A DNA stretch of 32,000 bases from Mycobacterium leprae TN (GTDB taxonomy: Bacteria; Actinomycetota; Actinomycetes; Mycobacteriales; Mycobacteriaceae). Within the stretch, counting starts at the first letter, position 1; every line of letters begins with the position of its first letter. Made by a program: the position numbers and the translations under genes. Shown one piece after another: positions 1 to 10,156 of the stretch. Under the pieces are notes generated by a model that was given only the letters and a program-made list of their open reading frames with translations, searched no databases and was not told the origin of the DNA. Location: positions 1,260,001 through 1,292,000 of the forward strand of contig NC_002677.1 in NCBI RefSeq assembly GCF_000195855.1, written 5' to 3'.

Positions 1-27
1 GGTTAACACTGGTGCTGGCGTTTGAGC

Positions 28-3000
28 TTAGCCGAACGCGGTGTCGAGGATCTCCTGTTGCTCGACGGCATGCACCTTCGACGAACCCGACGACGGCGCC
101 GACATGGCCCGCCGCGAAATCCTCTTGATCCCGGTGAGTCGGGGCAGCAGCTCGGGCAGCTCCAGGCCGAACCGCGGCCAGGCACCTTGATTGGCTGGCT
201 CCTCTTGCACCCAGAAGAACTCTTTGGCGTTCTCGTAGCGGTCCAGCGTTTCGCCGAGCCGGCGCCGCGGCAGCGGGGCCAGCTGTTCGATCCGCACGAT
301 CGCGACGTCGTCGCGGTTGTCCTTGATCTTGCGGGCGGCCAGCTCGTAGTAGAGCTTGCCGCAGGTCAACAGGACCCTGGTGACCTTGCTGCGGTCGTCG
401 ATGCTGTCCTCGTAGGTGGGTTCCTCCAGCACCGAACGGAACTTGATCTCGGTGAAGTCCTTGATATCACTGACTGCGGCCTTGTTGCGCAACATCGACT
501 TGGGCGTGAACACGATCAGTGGACGTTTAATGCCGTCGAGAGCGTGCCGGCGCAGCAAGTGGAAGTAGTTAGATGGAGTCGACGGCACCGCAAAGGTCAT
601 TGAGCCCTCCGCCCACAGCTGCAGGAAGCGTTCGATGCGGCCAGAGGTGTGGTCAGGGCCCTGCCCTTCGTGCCCGTGCGGCAATAGCAGCACCACTGTC
701 GACAACTGTCCCCACTTGGCCTCACCGGAGTTGATGAATTCGTCGATGATTGACTGTGCGCCGTTGACGAAGTCGCCGAACTGCGCCTCCCACAGCACCA
801 CGGCATCCGGGTTGCCTACCGTATAGCCGTACTCGAAACCGACAGCGGCATACTCCGACAGTGGCGAGTTGTAGACCAGAAACTTGCCGCCGGTGGGACT
901 GCCGTCGGGGTTATTGGCCAGCAGCTGTAACGGAGTGAATTCCTCGCCGGTGTGGCGGTCGATGATCACCGAATGCCGCTGCGAGAAGGTGCCACGCTTG
1001 GTGTCTTGGCCGGACAGCCGCACCAATTTGCCTTCCGCCACCAGCGACCCTAAGGCTAGCAACTCGGCGAAAGCCCAGTCGATCTTGCCTTCATAAGCCA
1101 TCTCCCGGCGTTTCTCGAGCACCGGCTGCACCCGCGGGTGCACGGTGAAACCTTCTGGTACCGCCAGGAAGGCGTCGCCGATGCGGGCCAGCAGTGCTTT
1201 GTCCACCGCGGTGGACAAACCCGCAGGGATCATCTGGTCAGACTCCACTGACTCGCTGGGCTGCACGCCGTGCTTTTCCAGGTCGCGTACCTCGTTGAAC
1301 ACCCGCTCCAGCTGGCCTTGGTAGTCGCGCAGCGCGTCCTCGGCTTCCTTCAAGGAAATGTCGCCACGGCCGATCAAGGCTTCGGTGTAACTCTTACGGG
1401 CGCCGCGCTTGGTGTCGACAACGTCGTACATGTACGGGTTCGTCATCGACGGATCGTCGCCCTCATTGTGCCCGCGCCGGCGGTAGCACAGCATGTCGAT
1501 AACGACGTCCTTTTTAAAACGCTGCCGAAAGTCGACCGCCAGCTTGGCTACCCACACGCAGGCTTCCGGGTCATCACCGTTGACGTGGAAGATCGGCGCG
1601 CCGATCATCTTGGCGACATCCGTGCAGTACTCGCTGGATCTGGAGTACTCCGGCGCGGTAGTGAAGCCGATCTGGTTGTTGACGATGATGTGGATGGTGC
1701 CGCCGACCCGGTAACCAGGCAGGTTCGCCAAGTTTAGCGTTTCGGCAACGACTCCTTGGCCGGCGAAGGCAGCGTCCCCGTGCAGCATCATTGGCACCAC
1801 CGAAAACGCTTCATCTTGGTTGCCATTGGTATCCTTGTTGAGTAGATCCTGCTTGGCCCGGACGAGACCTTCGAGCACGGGGTCCACGGCTTCCAAGTGT
1901 GAAGGGTTGGCGGTCAGCGATACTTGAATGTCGTTGTCGCCGAACATCTGCAGATACAAACCGGTAGCACCGAGGTGGTATTTGACGTCACCAGAGCTGT
2001 GCGCTAGTGTTGGGTTTAGATTGCCCTCGAATTCGGTGAAGATCTGTGAGTACGGCTTGCCGACGATGTTGGCCAATACGTTGAGCCGGCCGCGGTGTGG
2101 CATCCCGATGACCACTTCGTCCAGGCCATGCTTGGCGCACTGGTCGATCGCCGCATCCATCATCGGGATAACGCTTTCGGCGCCTTCTAGCGAGAAACGT
2201 TTCTGCCCGACGTACTTAGTATGCAGGAACGTTTCGAAGGCTTCGGCAGCGTTGAGCTTGCTCAGGATGTATTTCTGTTCGGCCACAGTCGGTTTGACGT
2301 TCTTGGTCTCGACCCGCTGTTGCAGCCATTCCTGTTGTTCGGGGTCGAGGATGTGGGTGTATTCCACGCCGATGTGGCGGCAGTAGGCGTCGCGAAGCAA
2401 GCCCAGCACGTCACGCAGTTTCTTGTATTTCCACCCGCCAAAGCCGTTGACTTTGAATACCCGATCCAGATCCCACAGCGTCAGGCCGTGGGTTAGCAAA
2501 TCGAGGTCAGGGTGACTGCGGAAGCGGGTGTTGTCCAACCGCAGCGGGTCGATATCGGCCATTAGATGGCCGCGGTTACGGTAGGCCGCGATCAACTCCA
2601 TGACGCGAGCGTTCTTGTCGACGATCGAGTCCGGGTTGTCGGTGCGCCAGCGCACCGGCAGATACGGGATGCTCAGCTCGCGAAAGATTTCGTCCCAGAA
2701 GCTGTCCGAGAGCACCATTTCGTGGATCGTGCGCAGGAAGTCACCTGATTCCGCACCCTGGATGATGCGGTGGTCGTAGGTTGAAGTTAGGGTGATCAGT
2801 TTGCCGATACCCAATTCGGCGATGCGCTCCGCGCTGGCGCCTTGAAACTCGGCGGGGTATTCCATGGCGCCCACGCCGATGATGGCGCCCTGGCCAGTCA
2901 TCAGCCGCGGCACCGAATGCACGGTGCCGATAGTGCCGGGGTTGGTAAGTGAAATCGTGACGCCGGCAAAGTCTTCGGCGGTCAGCTTACCGTCGCGCGC

Positions 3001-3744
3001 CCGGCGGACGATATCTTCGTAGGCGGTGACGAACTGTGCGAATCGCAATTCTTCGCAGCGCTTGATACCGGCCACCACCAAGGACCGCTTGCCGTCTTTA
3101 CCTTGCAGGTCGATCGCTAGGCCGAGATTGGTGTGGGCCGGTGTCACTGCGATGGGTTTGCCGTCGATCTCCGCGTAGTGCCGGTTGATGTTCGGGAACT
3201 TCTTGACCGCCTGCACTAACGCGTAGCCCAGCAAATGCGTGAAGGAGATCTTCCCGCCGCGGTTGCGCTTGAGCTGGTTGTTGATGACGGTCCGGTTGTC
3301 GATCATCAGCTTGGCTGGAACGGCTCGCACACTGGTCGCCGTCGGCACGTCCAGCGACGCGGACATATTTTTGACGACCACTGCGGCGGCACCGCGCAGC
3401 ACCTGCAACTCGTCACCTTCGATAGGCGGGGTAGTGGTGGTTTTGGCTGGAGCTGCGGCAGAGCCGGCTGCCGTGCCGTTCGCTACTGTTGGGGTGGTCG
3501 CGGGCTTGGCCCTGCTCGCTACCGGGTCAGCTGCCGCAGCTGGCTTTGCTTGTGGCGTGGCTGAGGGTTGTTTATCAGTGGAGGTAGGGTCCGTAAGTAC
3601 CGGTTCGGCGGTTGATTCGGGATTGTAGTCAACCAGGAATTCGTGCCAGCTCGGATCGACCGAGGAGGGGTCGTCGCGGAACTTGCGGTACATCTCTTCG
3701 ACCAACCATTCGTTTTGCCCGAATGGTGAACTTATGTTGGCCAC
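28..3744 (-). CDS. kgd: Multifunctional 2-oxoglutarate decarboxylase/dehydrogenase E1 component (Kgd/SucA)
   Basis: Uninterrupted ORF 28..3810. The conserved N-terminus [35 protein letters not shown] begins at an in-frame GTG (3744..3742). The 22 upstream codons of the ORF-track call ([12 protein letters not shown]...) are therefore probably leader, not protein. An Ala/Pro/Thr-rich linker is followed by an E2-like acyltransferase segment ([15 protein letters not shown]). A long ThDP-dependent E1 body follows ([39 protein letters not shown]). Confidence 0.95.
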   Translation of the reverse strand: MANISSPFGQNEWLVEEMYRKFRDDPSSVDPSWHEFLVDYNPESTAEPVLTDPTSTDKQPSATPQAKPAAAADPVASRAKPATTPTVANGTAAGSAAAPAKTTTTPPIEGDELQVLRGAAAVVVKNMSASLDVPTATSVRAVPAKLMIDNRTVINNQLKRNRGGKISFTHLLGYALVQAVKKFPNINRHYAEIDGKPIAVTPAHTNLGLAIDLQGKDGKRSLVVAGIKRCEELRFAQFVTAYEDIVRRARDGKLTAEDFAGVTISLTNPGTIGTVHSVPRLMTGQGAIIGVGAMEYPAEFQGASAERIAELGIGKLITLTSTYDHRIIQGAESGDFLRTIHEMVLSDSFWDEIFRELSIPYLPVRWRTDNPDSIVDKNARVMELIAAYRNRGHLMADIDPLRLDNTRFRSHPDLDLLTHGLTLWDLDRVFKVNGFGGWKYKKLRDVLGLLRDAYCRHIGVEYTHILDPEQQEWLQQRVETKNVKPTVAEQKYILSKLNAAEAFETFLHTKYVGQKRFSLEGAESVIPMMDAAIDQCAKHGLDEVVIGMPHRGRLNVLANIVGKPYSQIFTEFEGNLNPTLAHSSGDVKYHLGATGLYLQMFGDNDIQVSLTANPSHLEAVDPVLEGLVRAKQDLLNKDTNGNQDEAFSVVPMMLHGDAAFAGQGVVAETLNLANLPGYRVGGTIHIIVNNQIGFTTAPEYSRSSEYCTDVAKMIGAPIFHVNGDDPEACVWVAKLAVDFRQRFKKDVVIDMLCYRRRGHNEGDDPSMTNPYMYDVVDTKRGARKSYTEALIGRGDISLKEAEDALRDYQGQLERVFNEVRDLEKHGVQPSESVESDQMIPAGLSTAVDKALLARIGDAFLAVPEGFTVHPRVQPVLEKRREMAYEGKIDWAFAELLALGSLVAEGKLVRLSGQDTKRGTFSQRHSVIIDRHTGEEFTPLQLLANNPDGSPTGGKFLVYNSPLSEYAAVGFEYGYTVGNPDAVVLWEAQFGDFVNGAQSIIDEFINSGEAKWGQLSTVVLLLPHGHEGQGPDHTSGRIERFLQLWAEGSMTFAVPSTPSNYFHLLRRHALDGIKRPLIVFTPKSMLRNKAAVSDIKDFTEIKFRSVLEEPTYEDSIDDRSKVTRVLLTCGKLYYELAARKIKDNRDDVAIVRIEQLAPLPRRRLGETLDRYENAKEFFWVQEEPANQGAWPRFGLELPELLPRLTGIKRISRRAMSAPSSGSSKVHAVEQQEILDTAFG

Positions 3745-3931
3745 GGCCGCTGTTCGCCTCAATTCTTCTGTCCTGCAAGCGCATTGCGCGACACTTGCAA
3801 CTTTCTGCACCTTGGTTGGCGGGGTACCCCGTCACACCCGTCGCGGTCTTGAACGGTCTCAGTCCCCACATAGAGGCTATCGTTTCGGCTGCGATTAGCC
3901 AGACAGAGGGGGCCTCGTGCCTAGTTGACGT

Positions 3932-4711
3932 CTAACCAGCGTTATGAACCGTCGGTAGCAGGATCAGAGTGGCTGGCCAGCGTGACGGCGCGGTGCCGAA
4001 AGCGTTGCGGGTATTGCTTATAATCTTCTTGCCCACTACGCGGTTGCCAGCGCCGCCTACCGCGGCGCCGATACCGATCGGGAGTATTTTGCCGAACATC
4101 AGCGCTCCGCGACGCACTGTGCACCGTTTGGCGGCATATCTGAGCATCCGTGTGTGTAACTGGGACCACGTCGACAGCGGCAGTGAGGCCATGCCCTCTA
4201 ACAGCCAACCCCCGTTGGTGCGGCCCGGACCGATCAGTTCACCTATGGTAAGCCTGGTGTCGTCTCCGGCTAGCACGGCCAACACCAGCGCGCGGCGTCG
4301 TTCCCGATGGTTGGCGGGGATGCCGTACACCGATGCGATCGTCAGTACGAAGACCGCGGTCGCCTCCAGGAAGAACACCGTTTCGCCTGCGTTTGCCGAC
4401 ACTGCAGCCAACGTTCCGATCCCGGGCAACGTGGCTACCGAGCCCACTACCGCACCGCTCGCGGTCAACGCGGCCAGGTAGTGCTTTTCCAGCTTGGCAA
4501 CGATCTCGGTTGGGCTGGCACTTGGGTGTGTGCGTCGCAGCCGGGCCACGTAAGCTTCCGCCGCCGGGCCCTGTATCCACACACTACGCTCGATAACCTG
4601 CGCCAATGCCCGGGTAGACGCTTTGGGCTGGCCGCCTGTAGTGGCTGGAATTTGGTCCGGCTCGGACTTACTCCAAAACCTATTCTGAGGGCCGTTCCGT
4701 CGGGTGCACAT
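3932..4711 (-). CDS. Conserved membrane protein of unknown function (Rv1249c-like by position)
   Basis: 259-aa ORF without interruptions. It has hydrophobic segments (AALTASGAVVGSVATLPGIGTLAAVSANAGETVFFLEATAVFVLTIASVYGI; ILPIGIGAAVGGAG). It lies on the same strand directly upstream of kgd, as I recall for M. tuberculosis. No recognisable catalytic motif. Confidence 0.7.
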   Translation of the reverse strand: MCTRRNGPQNRFWSKSEPDQIPATTGGQPKASTRALAQVIERSVWIQGPAAEAYVARLRRTHPSASPTEIVAKLEKHYLAALTASGAVVGSVATLPGIGTLAAVSANAGETVFFLEATAVFVLTIASVYGIPANHRERRRALVLAVLAGDDTRLTIGELIGPGRTNGGWLLEGMASLPLSTWSQLHTRMLRYAAKRCTVRRGALMFGKILPIGIGAAVGGAGNRVVGKKIISNTRNAFGTAPSRWPATLILLPTVHNAG

Positions 4712-5076
4712 GTTGCCTCTCCTGTGAATGGCGTGCCTTTATGCTAACGCTAGTTTGGTTCGTAGCCGTGTAGAGCCGAAATAATGCCGGGCCGCGCACG
4801 TGGCACCAAGTTCGAAGTTCGCTGGCGTCTTGTTGGGTTGCCCAGCCGCAATAATGCGGGCTGGGTATTAATATTGCTTAGGTTGGTGACGATGCGGGTC
4901 GTCGACCAGACGGGGAGGGATATTCCGGAACAATGAGGGATTATTGATGATCTGCCAACTTGACGTTGCCGATGCCGGTCAGCTGCATCCCCGGTACCGG
5001 GGCTAAACAACCACCCATGCCTGGACGCATGCCATGGCTGCGTGTCGCGGCATCAGGAGGTGAACGAGGTGGGTAG

Positions 5077-6467
5077 ATGACCTCGGCCCGGATCGACTCC
5101 ACAAACCCGTGGTATTCGCTGTGGACGGTGGTGACCGATTTCTTCATGATCGTGCTCGACTCGAACATCGTCGCTATCGCGCGATTTGCCTATCATGGCC
5201 GACTTGCATGTCGAGTATGACGCTGTGGTTTGGGTGACCAGTGCCTATTGGTTGGGATATGTGGTGTTGTTGCTGGTAGCAGGGCAGCACTGCCATGCTG
5301 GTTGCTGCACGGATCGTGCAAGATGTTGGTGCTGGGGAGGCTTACCCCGCAAACTTGGTCGACGATGACCCGGATCTTTCCAACGTAGCGTCGCGGTGCC
5401 GCGAGGAACGTGTGTGCAGCGGCGACTATCGGCGCCGCCAGTCTGTTGGGACTGTTGGCTGGTCGACGTGCTGGGCTGGCAGTGGATTTTTTCATTAATG
5501 TCCGTCGGTATCTATCGGCTCGGCCATGGCGGTTTGGTTTGGGGCTGGTGCTGTCCACCCAGGGGCACCGGTTCGACTTGATCAGCGTCGGGCTATCCGA
5601 GTCGGGTACGTTTTTGATCGTCTTTCGACTATAGCAGGGGCAAGTTGTTGATTGGGTGCCGTGGGTCTGGGCGACCGCTCGTTGCAGGCGTCGGGTTTCT
5701 GGCTACATTCGTCAACTGGCAGGCAGTACAACACCCGCGAGTCGCTGATTCCACTAGATATTTTCGGCTACAGGGACTTCAGCCTGCACAACGTCGGGGT
5801 GGCGATTATGGCGTTCGCGACGATAGCGCTGCTGCAGCTGATGTTCTATGCGCAGGCGGTGTGCGGGCAGTGTCGACCCACGTGGCGCTGCTGATCGCGC
5901 TGCCGGCGATCACCAATGGTGTACTGGCGCCAGTTGCCGGCATTATCGTCGACCGGTACCAGCCGCGGTCTGTCTTTGGTTTCGGCTTTTCGATGCTGGC
6001 GATCGCGCTGACGTGGCTTTCGTTTGAGATGGACCCGGGTACGCTAATCTGTCGGTTGATGTTGCCGCCCAGCGCAATCGATCCCGGGCGGCGGGAACGC
6101 GTTCGGCTGCTCCAACGCTTTAACGTTGCTCGAGTGGCTGCGCTACTCGTTCTCGGCTGCAATGTCGGAGTCTATGTTGCTGCCCGCGTGCATCGCTTTG
6201 TTCGGAATTATTGCCGCACTATTCATGGTCGACGGCACGGTTTCGGTGATGAGCCGTGTAGCCGGCGGGGGACTCGGCCCCTTCCCCAACGGCGACGGTG
6301 GTTATGACAATGATGACTATGTCGAGTTAATCTTTCATCGCGCGCCGGACATCGACGCGAGGCCGGATGTCGAGCCTGAATCGGTATGTGATATTGAATC
6401 TACAATAGTGCGGTTCCGACGCCTGCAGCTGGGCACCGCCCGAAGGATGGCACAACGTTCCGTGTAA
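5077..6467 (+). pseudogene. Decayed DHA2/EmrB-QacA-type MFS drug exporter (Rv1250-like)
   Basis: The MFS signal is spread over all three + frames. ATG 5077 gives MTSARIDSTNPWYSLWTVVTDFFMIVLDSNIVAIA, then the frame is lost near 5185. Next come ADLHVEYDAVVWVTSAYWLGYVVLLLVAG (5186..) and LVAARIVQDVGAGE (5295..). Then VLAPVAGIIVDRYQPRSVFGFGFSMLAIALTWLSF (inside 5645..6307) and MLLPACIALFGIIAALFMV (6126..6467). There are several frameshifts and stops. Boundaries are approximate. Confidence 0.8.
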
Positions 6468-6647
6468 TCGTGGCATAGCTTGCTCGCCGATTCCGACTCG
6501 GTACCGACGTCAACTGAACCGATTATCTTGGTCCACAAAGGTACTCACCTCAACGGCGAGCAGCAATTTCACCGTATCGCCGAAGTGATTTCGTGGACGG
6601 TCGGTTACCGTCTTGATTGACTCGCGGAAGATGAGACACCGCCAAAT

Positions 6648-9600
6648 CTAGGGCTTATCTAGTCTAGATTCCAGTCGGCCGGTCCCATTGAATGTCGTCA
6701 GCGTCAAAAACGCGCCCAAGTCAATCAGGCCAACAGGCGTAGCGGGCAGATACTCTGTCAATGTCTCTGAGCGCACGATCACTGCCGCATATTGTGCCCG
6801 ACTGACGGCAACGTTGAGCCGATTCCTGTTGAGCAAGAATGAAATTCCGCGTGGCACCACTTCAACAGATGAGGATGTCATCGAGATGAAGACTACTGGG
6901 GCTTGCCCGCCCTGGAATTTGTCCACTGTTCCTACCCGGACCCCACTGAACCCGGCCGACATCAATTGTTGACGAACCAGTGCCACCTGGGCGTTATATG
7001 GTGCCAGCACCAATATGTCCGAGACGTCCAACGGTCGGGTGCCGTGTTCGTCGGTCCACGGCGTGCCGAGCAGCCGCTCGATCTCGGCGGTGATTGCACC
7101 GGCCTCTTCGGGGCTCTCTGTCGAGTTGCCTTGGTGGTGAACGGCCAGAACGTGCACGCCGGGTTGATACTCGTTGAGGCGCCGTGCTGCCGTGTACTCG
7201 GTGTGGGCATGCAGTTTACCTTCGTAGGACAGTGTCGAGACTGCGGCACAGATCGCCGGATGCATCCGGTAGGAGCGGTCCAGAAAGTAGCCGCGTTCAT
7301 TGGGCAGGGTTCGCTGACCCTCAACTAGCCAATCCAACGCGGACGTATTGACCGGTTCGGGATGAGTTCCTTGACTGACCTGTGGTAGCTGTTGCGGGTC
7401 TCCGAGCAACATGAGATTCGCCGCCGCGGGCGCCACGGCTATGGTGTTGGCCAAGCAGAACTGGCCGGCTTCGTCGATGACCAGCAAATCGAGACTACCC
7501 GGAGGAACCCGATTGCGATTGGCGAAATCCCATGCCGTACCACCGATCACGCATCCCATGGGGTCGGCGATGAAAGTGGGGTAATCGTTCCCGTCGATCT
7601 CCTGCCAGGGCGGAGCGCTGCGATCATGCCGTTTCTTTGCGACTTGTCGCGCATCGAGGCCGGCTGTTATCACGCCGTCTAAGAGGTTCTCAACCGCGGC
7701 GTGCGATTGCGCGACAACGCCAATGCGCCAGGAGTGGTTGCTGACCAATTGCGTGATGACGTGTGCTGCAGTGTGCGTCTTGCCGGTCCCGGGTGGTCCG
7801 TGCACGGCCAGGTACGACGAATCCAGGTCCAGCACCGCAGCTGTAATGTCAGCGACCGTATCGGTGCCGCGCGGTAGCGTAGCGCCACTGTGGGTTCGGG
7901 GAATGCGGCGCAAAAGAATGTCAATCAGCGCGGTGCGGGGTAGTTGCGGCAAACTGGCGGCCAGTGTAGTGGCAGTTGACTCAATCGAATCTCGCAGGGC
8001 CGTTGTTGCTATTGGTGGTCCTGGAGTCAGCGCGAACGGCAACTGGTGGAATGTGTTGCCGTCATTTCCTACTCGTTCGACAATGACCACCTCAGTCGGT
8101 ATCGACAGGTCGTCGGCCTCGACAACCTCGGCCCGGCCGGCGGCTCGCCGCCCGGGATGGACGTCCATAGCTAGCGGGGCGGGAGGGTCATAGAGTGCAA
8201 AGACCGCCGAGCCGAGGTTGCCACGTGCCAATCTGCCGCGCAGCCGCACCCGACGTTGTGGCTTGCGAGCGCGAGGAGGCGTGTGCCAGTCGATGATGAT
8301 CGATGCGTCGTCGGCAACGAAGACGTCTGTGTTGTCTGCCCATTCGCCAACAGGGAAGTTCAGTCGGTCGAAGTGCCCCCACCAGAACGGCTTGTCTTCG
8401 CGTCGATGGTAGCCGCGTGCCGCAGCCACCAAGGCGATCGCGGTTTGCTCGGGTGTACGGTCGCCGACGGCTACATCGCCAGTGAAACCCGACAAGGCTG
8501 ACAAAATTGCCGAAAGCTCGTCATCGTCCTTGACAGTGTTTCCTTCGGGAACTGGTTGGGCACCAACCGGTACGACACCGGCTTCATAAGCTTGCAGCAG
8601 CAGCCAGTTACGTAATTCACGAGTGGACCTGCAGTCGTAATGGTTGTAGTCTTCGATCTCCTTGAGCACGGTTGCCGCCTCATCAAAATTTCCTGCGGAA
8701 AGCAATTCGCAGTACCTTCCATAGCAGGTGATCGAATCTGTGGCGGTAGTTACATCGCCGGAGCGTAGTTGTTTCCCCATGTACAGCGGCTCGAGTGCCT
8801 TCAGGCTAAAGGATTCTGCACCTACGCGAATGCTCTTACTTACCAAAGGATAAAGGTCAACCAACGTTCCGCTGCGCAGTAGCTCGTCGACTTCATCCTC
8901 GCAGACTCCGTATCGTCCGGCGAGTCGCAACAGCGCAGTCTTTTCGTAGGGTGCGTAATGGTAGACGTGCATATGCGGTCGCTGCTTACGGCGCTTTGTC
9001 ACCATCTTCAGAAATTCAGTAAGCGCCTTGCGTTCTTCCACCCGGTTGTGCGCCCACAGAGGGCGAAAGGTCCCGGAGATTTCGGAGTCCAAGACTCCGA
9101 AAAGGTATTCTAGACCCCATTCTTGGCCGTCGACTGTCCACAGCGGATCACCTTCGAAGTCGAAGAACAGATCACCGGGATCTGGATCGGGCAATAGCGC
9201 CAGCGGTTGCGGGTCAACGATCTCGAATTGCGGAGTACCGGTATTACGTTGTTGGACTTGTAATTTGGCCTGTGCAGTTAACTCGCTGAGCGCACTAGAA
9301 GACAAGTCGGGTACCGGGCCGGAATGATCGGCCAGTTCGGCTATGGTAGTTATGCCGACATTAAGTAGCTTGCTGCGCTGGCTTATTCGCATACCCGCGA
9401 TTAGCAGCAGATCGTCGGTCGCACGCAGCTGTTCGGTGCACTGTGGACAGCGAAAACAGGACCGCACTTCGTCGTCTTGCCAACGCACCGCCGTGCCTGC
9501 GGTATAGTGGCGGTCGAGTAGCCGCTGCAGTAGAGAGCGTTGAGACCGGTAGACCGGGATAAGGTCGCAGATCCGGTAGGAAACGACCATTCCGTCGCCC

Positions 9601-10106
9601 AGCCGCAGTTCTGCCTCAGGTGCTACCGGGACGCCCGAGTGAGCCAGCGCATCAGCGTAAGCGGCCAGCTGTAACAACGCGGTGACTTTCGGTGAGCGTG
9701 CAAGCTTGGTATCAACGACTCGATATTGTTCGCCATCTCGTACCAGGAAGTCGATGAACCCGACGAAGCGGCCGTCGAACATTGCCGCCTGATACACCGC
9801 CGGAGCACGGTTGGCGATCGCCCGCTGGGTCGCCTCGGCTGCGGCGGCAAACCCGGCGTATGTGTATGCTGGACGGCCAATGACTGCAACCGCATCCCCG
9901 AACTCGTGGCGTAGTTGGTCAAGGTGACGTTGCTCATGGTCGGCGCCCAGAGCGCTGGTTCGTGCGAACAATTCGTCTTCGGTGGTGGCTACTACGGGGC
10001 CGCGACCCAATCTCGCGTCGAAATCCCGCAATAGAGCGTACTCGCACCGAGATGCGGCGGCGAGATCCGACGCACTGTAGACGATGGTCTCGTCGGTGAC
10101 GAACAC
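6648..10106 (-). CDS. Large fusion protein: Cas4/AddB-like PD-(D/E)xK nuclease (4-Cys) + RNase-H-fold module + SF1 (Upf1/Dna2-like) helicase; Rv1251c-like
   Basis: 1152-aa uninterrupted ORF with a GTG start at 10106.
- N-terminus: ASRCEY ... GFIDFLVRD ... VVDTKLAR ... LQLAAYADAL ... CFRCPQC. This is a nuclease core bracketed by 1+3 cysteines.
- Middle: DLFFDFEGDPLW ... HVYHYAPYEKTAL ... LVDLYPLV.
- C-terminus, helicase motifs: HGPPGTGKTHTA (Walker A), LLVIDEAGQF (II), LLGDPQQLPQV (III), VGTVDKFQGGQAPVVFIS (V), LNVAVSRAQ (VI). Confidence 0.9.
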   Translation of the reverse strand: MFVTDETIVYSASDLAAASRCEYALLRDFDARLGRGPVVATTEDELFARTSALGADHEQRHLDQLRHEFGDAVAVIGRPAYTYAGFAAAAEATQRAIANRAPAVYQAAMFDGRFVGFIDFLVRDGEQYRVVDTKLARSPKVTALLQLAAYADALAHSGVPVAPEAELRLGDGMVVSYRICDLIPVYRSQRSLLQRLLDRHYTAGTAVRWQDDEVRSCFRCPQCTEQLRATDDLLLIAGMRISQRSKLLNVGITTIAELADHSGPVPDLSSSALSELTAQAKLQVQQRNTGTPQFEIVDPQPLALLPDPDPGDLFFDFEGDPLWTVDGQEWGLEYLFGVLDSEISGTFRPLWAHNRVEERKALTEFLKMVTKRRKQRPHMHVYHYAPYEKTALLRLAGRYGVCEDEVDELLRSGTLVDLYPLVSKSIRVGAESFSLKALEPLYMGKQLRSGDVTTATDSITCYGRYCELLSAGNFDEAATVLKEIEDYNHYDCRSTRELRNWLLLQAYEAGVVPVGAQPVPEGNTVKDDDELSAILSALSGFTGDVAVGDRTPEQTAIALVAAARGYHRREDKPFWWGHFDRLNFPVGEWADNTDVFVADDASIIIDWHTPPRARKPQRRVRLRGRLARGNLGSAVFALYDPPAPLAMDVHPGRRAAGRAEVVEADDLSIPTEVVIVERVGNDGNTFHQLPFALTPGPPIATTALRDSIESTATTLAASLPQLPRTALIDILLRRIPRTHSGATLPRGTDTVADITAAVLDLDSSYLAVHGPPGTGKTHTAAHVITQLVSNHSWRIGVVAQSHAAVENLLDGVITAGLDARQVAKKRHDRSAPPWQEIDGNDYPTFIADPMGCVIGGTAWDFANRNRVPPGSLDLLVIDEAGQFCLANTIAVAPAAANLMLLGDPQQLPQVSQGTHPEPVNTSALDWLVEGQRTLPNERGYFLDRSYRMHPAICAAVSTLSYEGKLHAHTEYTAARRLNEYQPGVHVLAVHHQGNSTESPEEAGAITAEIERLLGTPWTDEHGTRPLDVSDILVLAPYNAQVALVRQQLMSAGFSGVRVGTVDKFQGGQAPVVFISMTSSSVEVVPRGISFLLNRNRLNVAVSRAQYAAVIVRSETLTEYLPATPVGLIDLGAFLTLTTFNGTGRLESRLDKP

Positions 10107-10156
10107 AGCAACAACTGTAGGTGAGAGGGTTCGGACGGTAACGGAGTGCCGCTTGG

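Noticed and set aside
22-603. 193-aa + strand ORF, and other long antisense or out-of-frame ORFs: 1270..1737 (+), 16711..17505 (-), 16783..17343 (+), 19165..19794 (-), 30331..30840 (+), 30844..31320 (+), 31112..31666 (-)
   Set aside because: All lie inside, or antisense to, strongly supported genes. They are Arg/Gly/Pro/Ala-rich, as expected for wrong-frame translation of high-GC DNA, and show no recognisable motifs.
3745-3810. ATG at 3810 as the kgd start (ORF-track call of 1260 aa)
   Set aside because: The extension [22 protein letters not shown] has no resemblance to the conserved Kgd N-terminus. That N-terminus begins exactly at the in-frame GTG at 3744 ([14 protein letters not shown]...). 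The extension also contains a palindromic leader element.
5645-6307. 220-aa ORF as an intact small MFS-like gene
   Set aside because: Only its middle part (VLAPVAGIIVDRYQPRSVFGFGFSMLAIALTWLSF) is in the true MFS frame. The N- and C-terminal parts are wrong-frame read-through. Neighbouring MFS segments lie in other frames, so this is one piece of a single decayed 14-TMS pump.
6640-6670. 7-bp inverted repeat AATCTAG...CTAGATT around the helicase stop codon as a terminator
   Set aside because: The stem is short and AT-rich with a 12-nt spacer and low predicted stability. It is likely fortuitous.
6648-10106. Interpreting the nuclease-helicase as an accessory anti-phage defence gene (Nhi-like) in a defence island
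   Set aside because: The nuclease plus Upf1-like helicase architecture is superficially similar. However, the gene sits in conserved core synteny (kgd...lprE...deaD). It has no mobile-element, restriction or toxin neighbours, and it is retained in an obligate intracellular, phage-poor organism. A housekeeping DNA or RNA transaction role seems more likely. Defence remains only a remote possibility.
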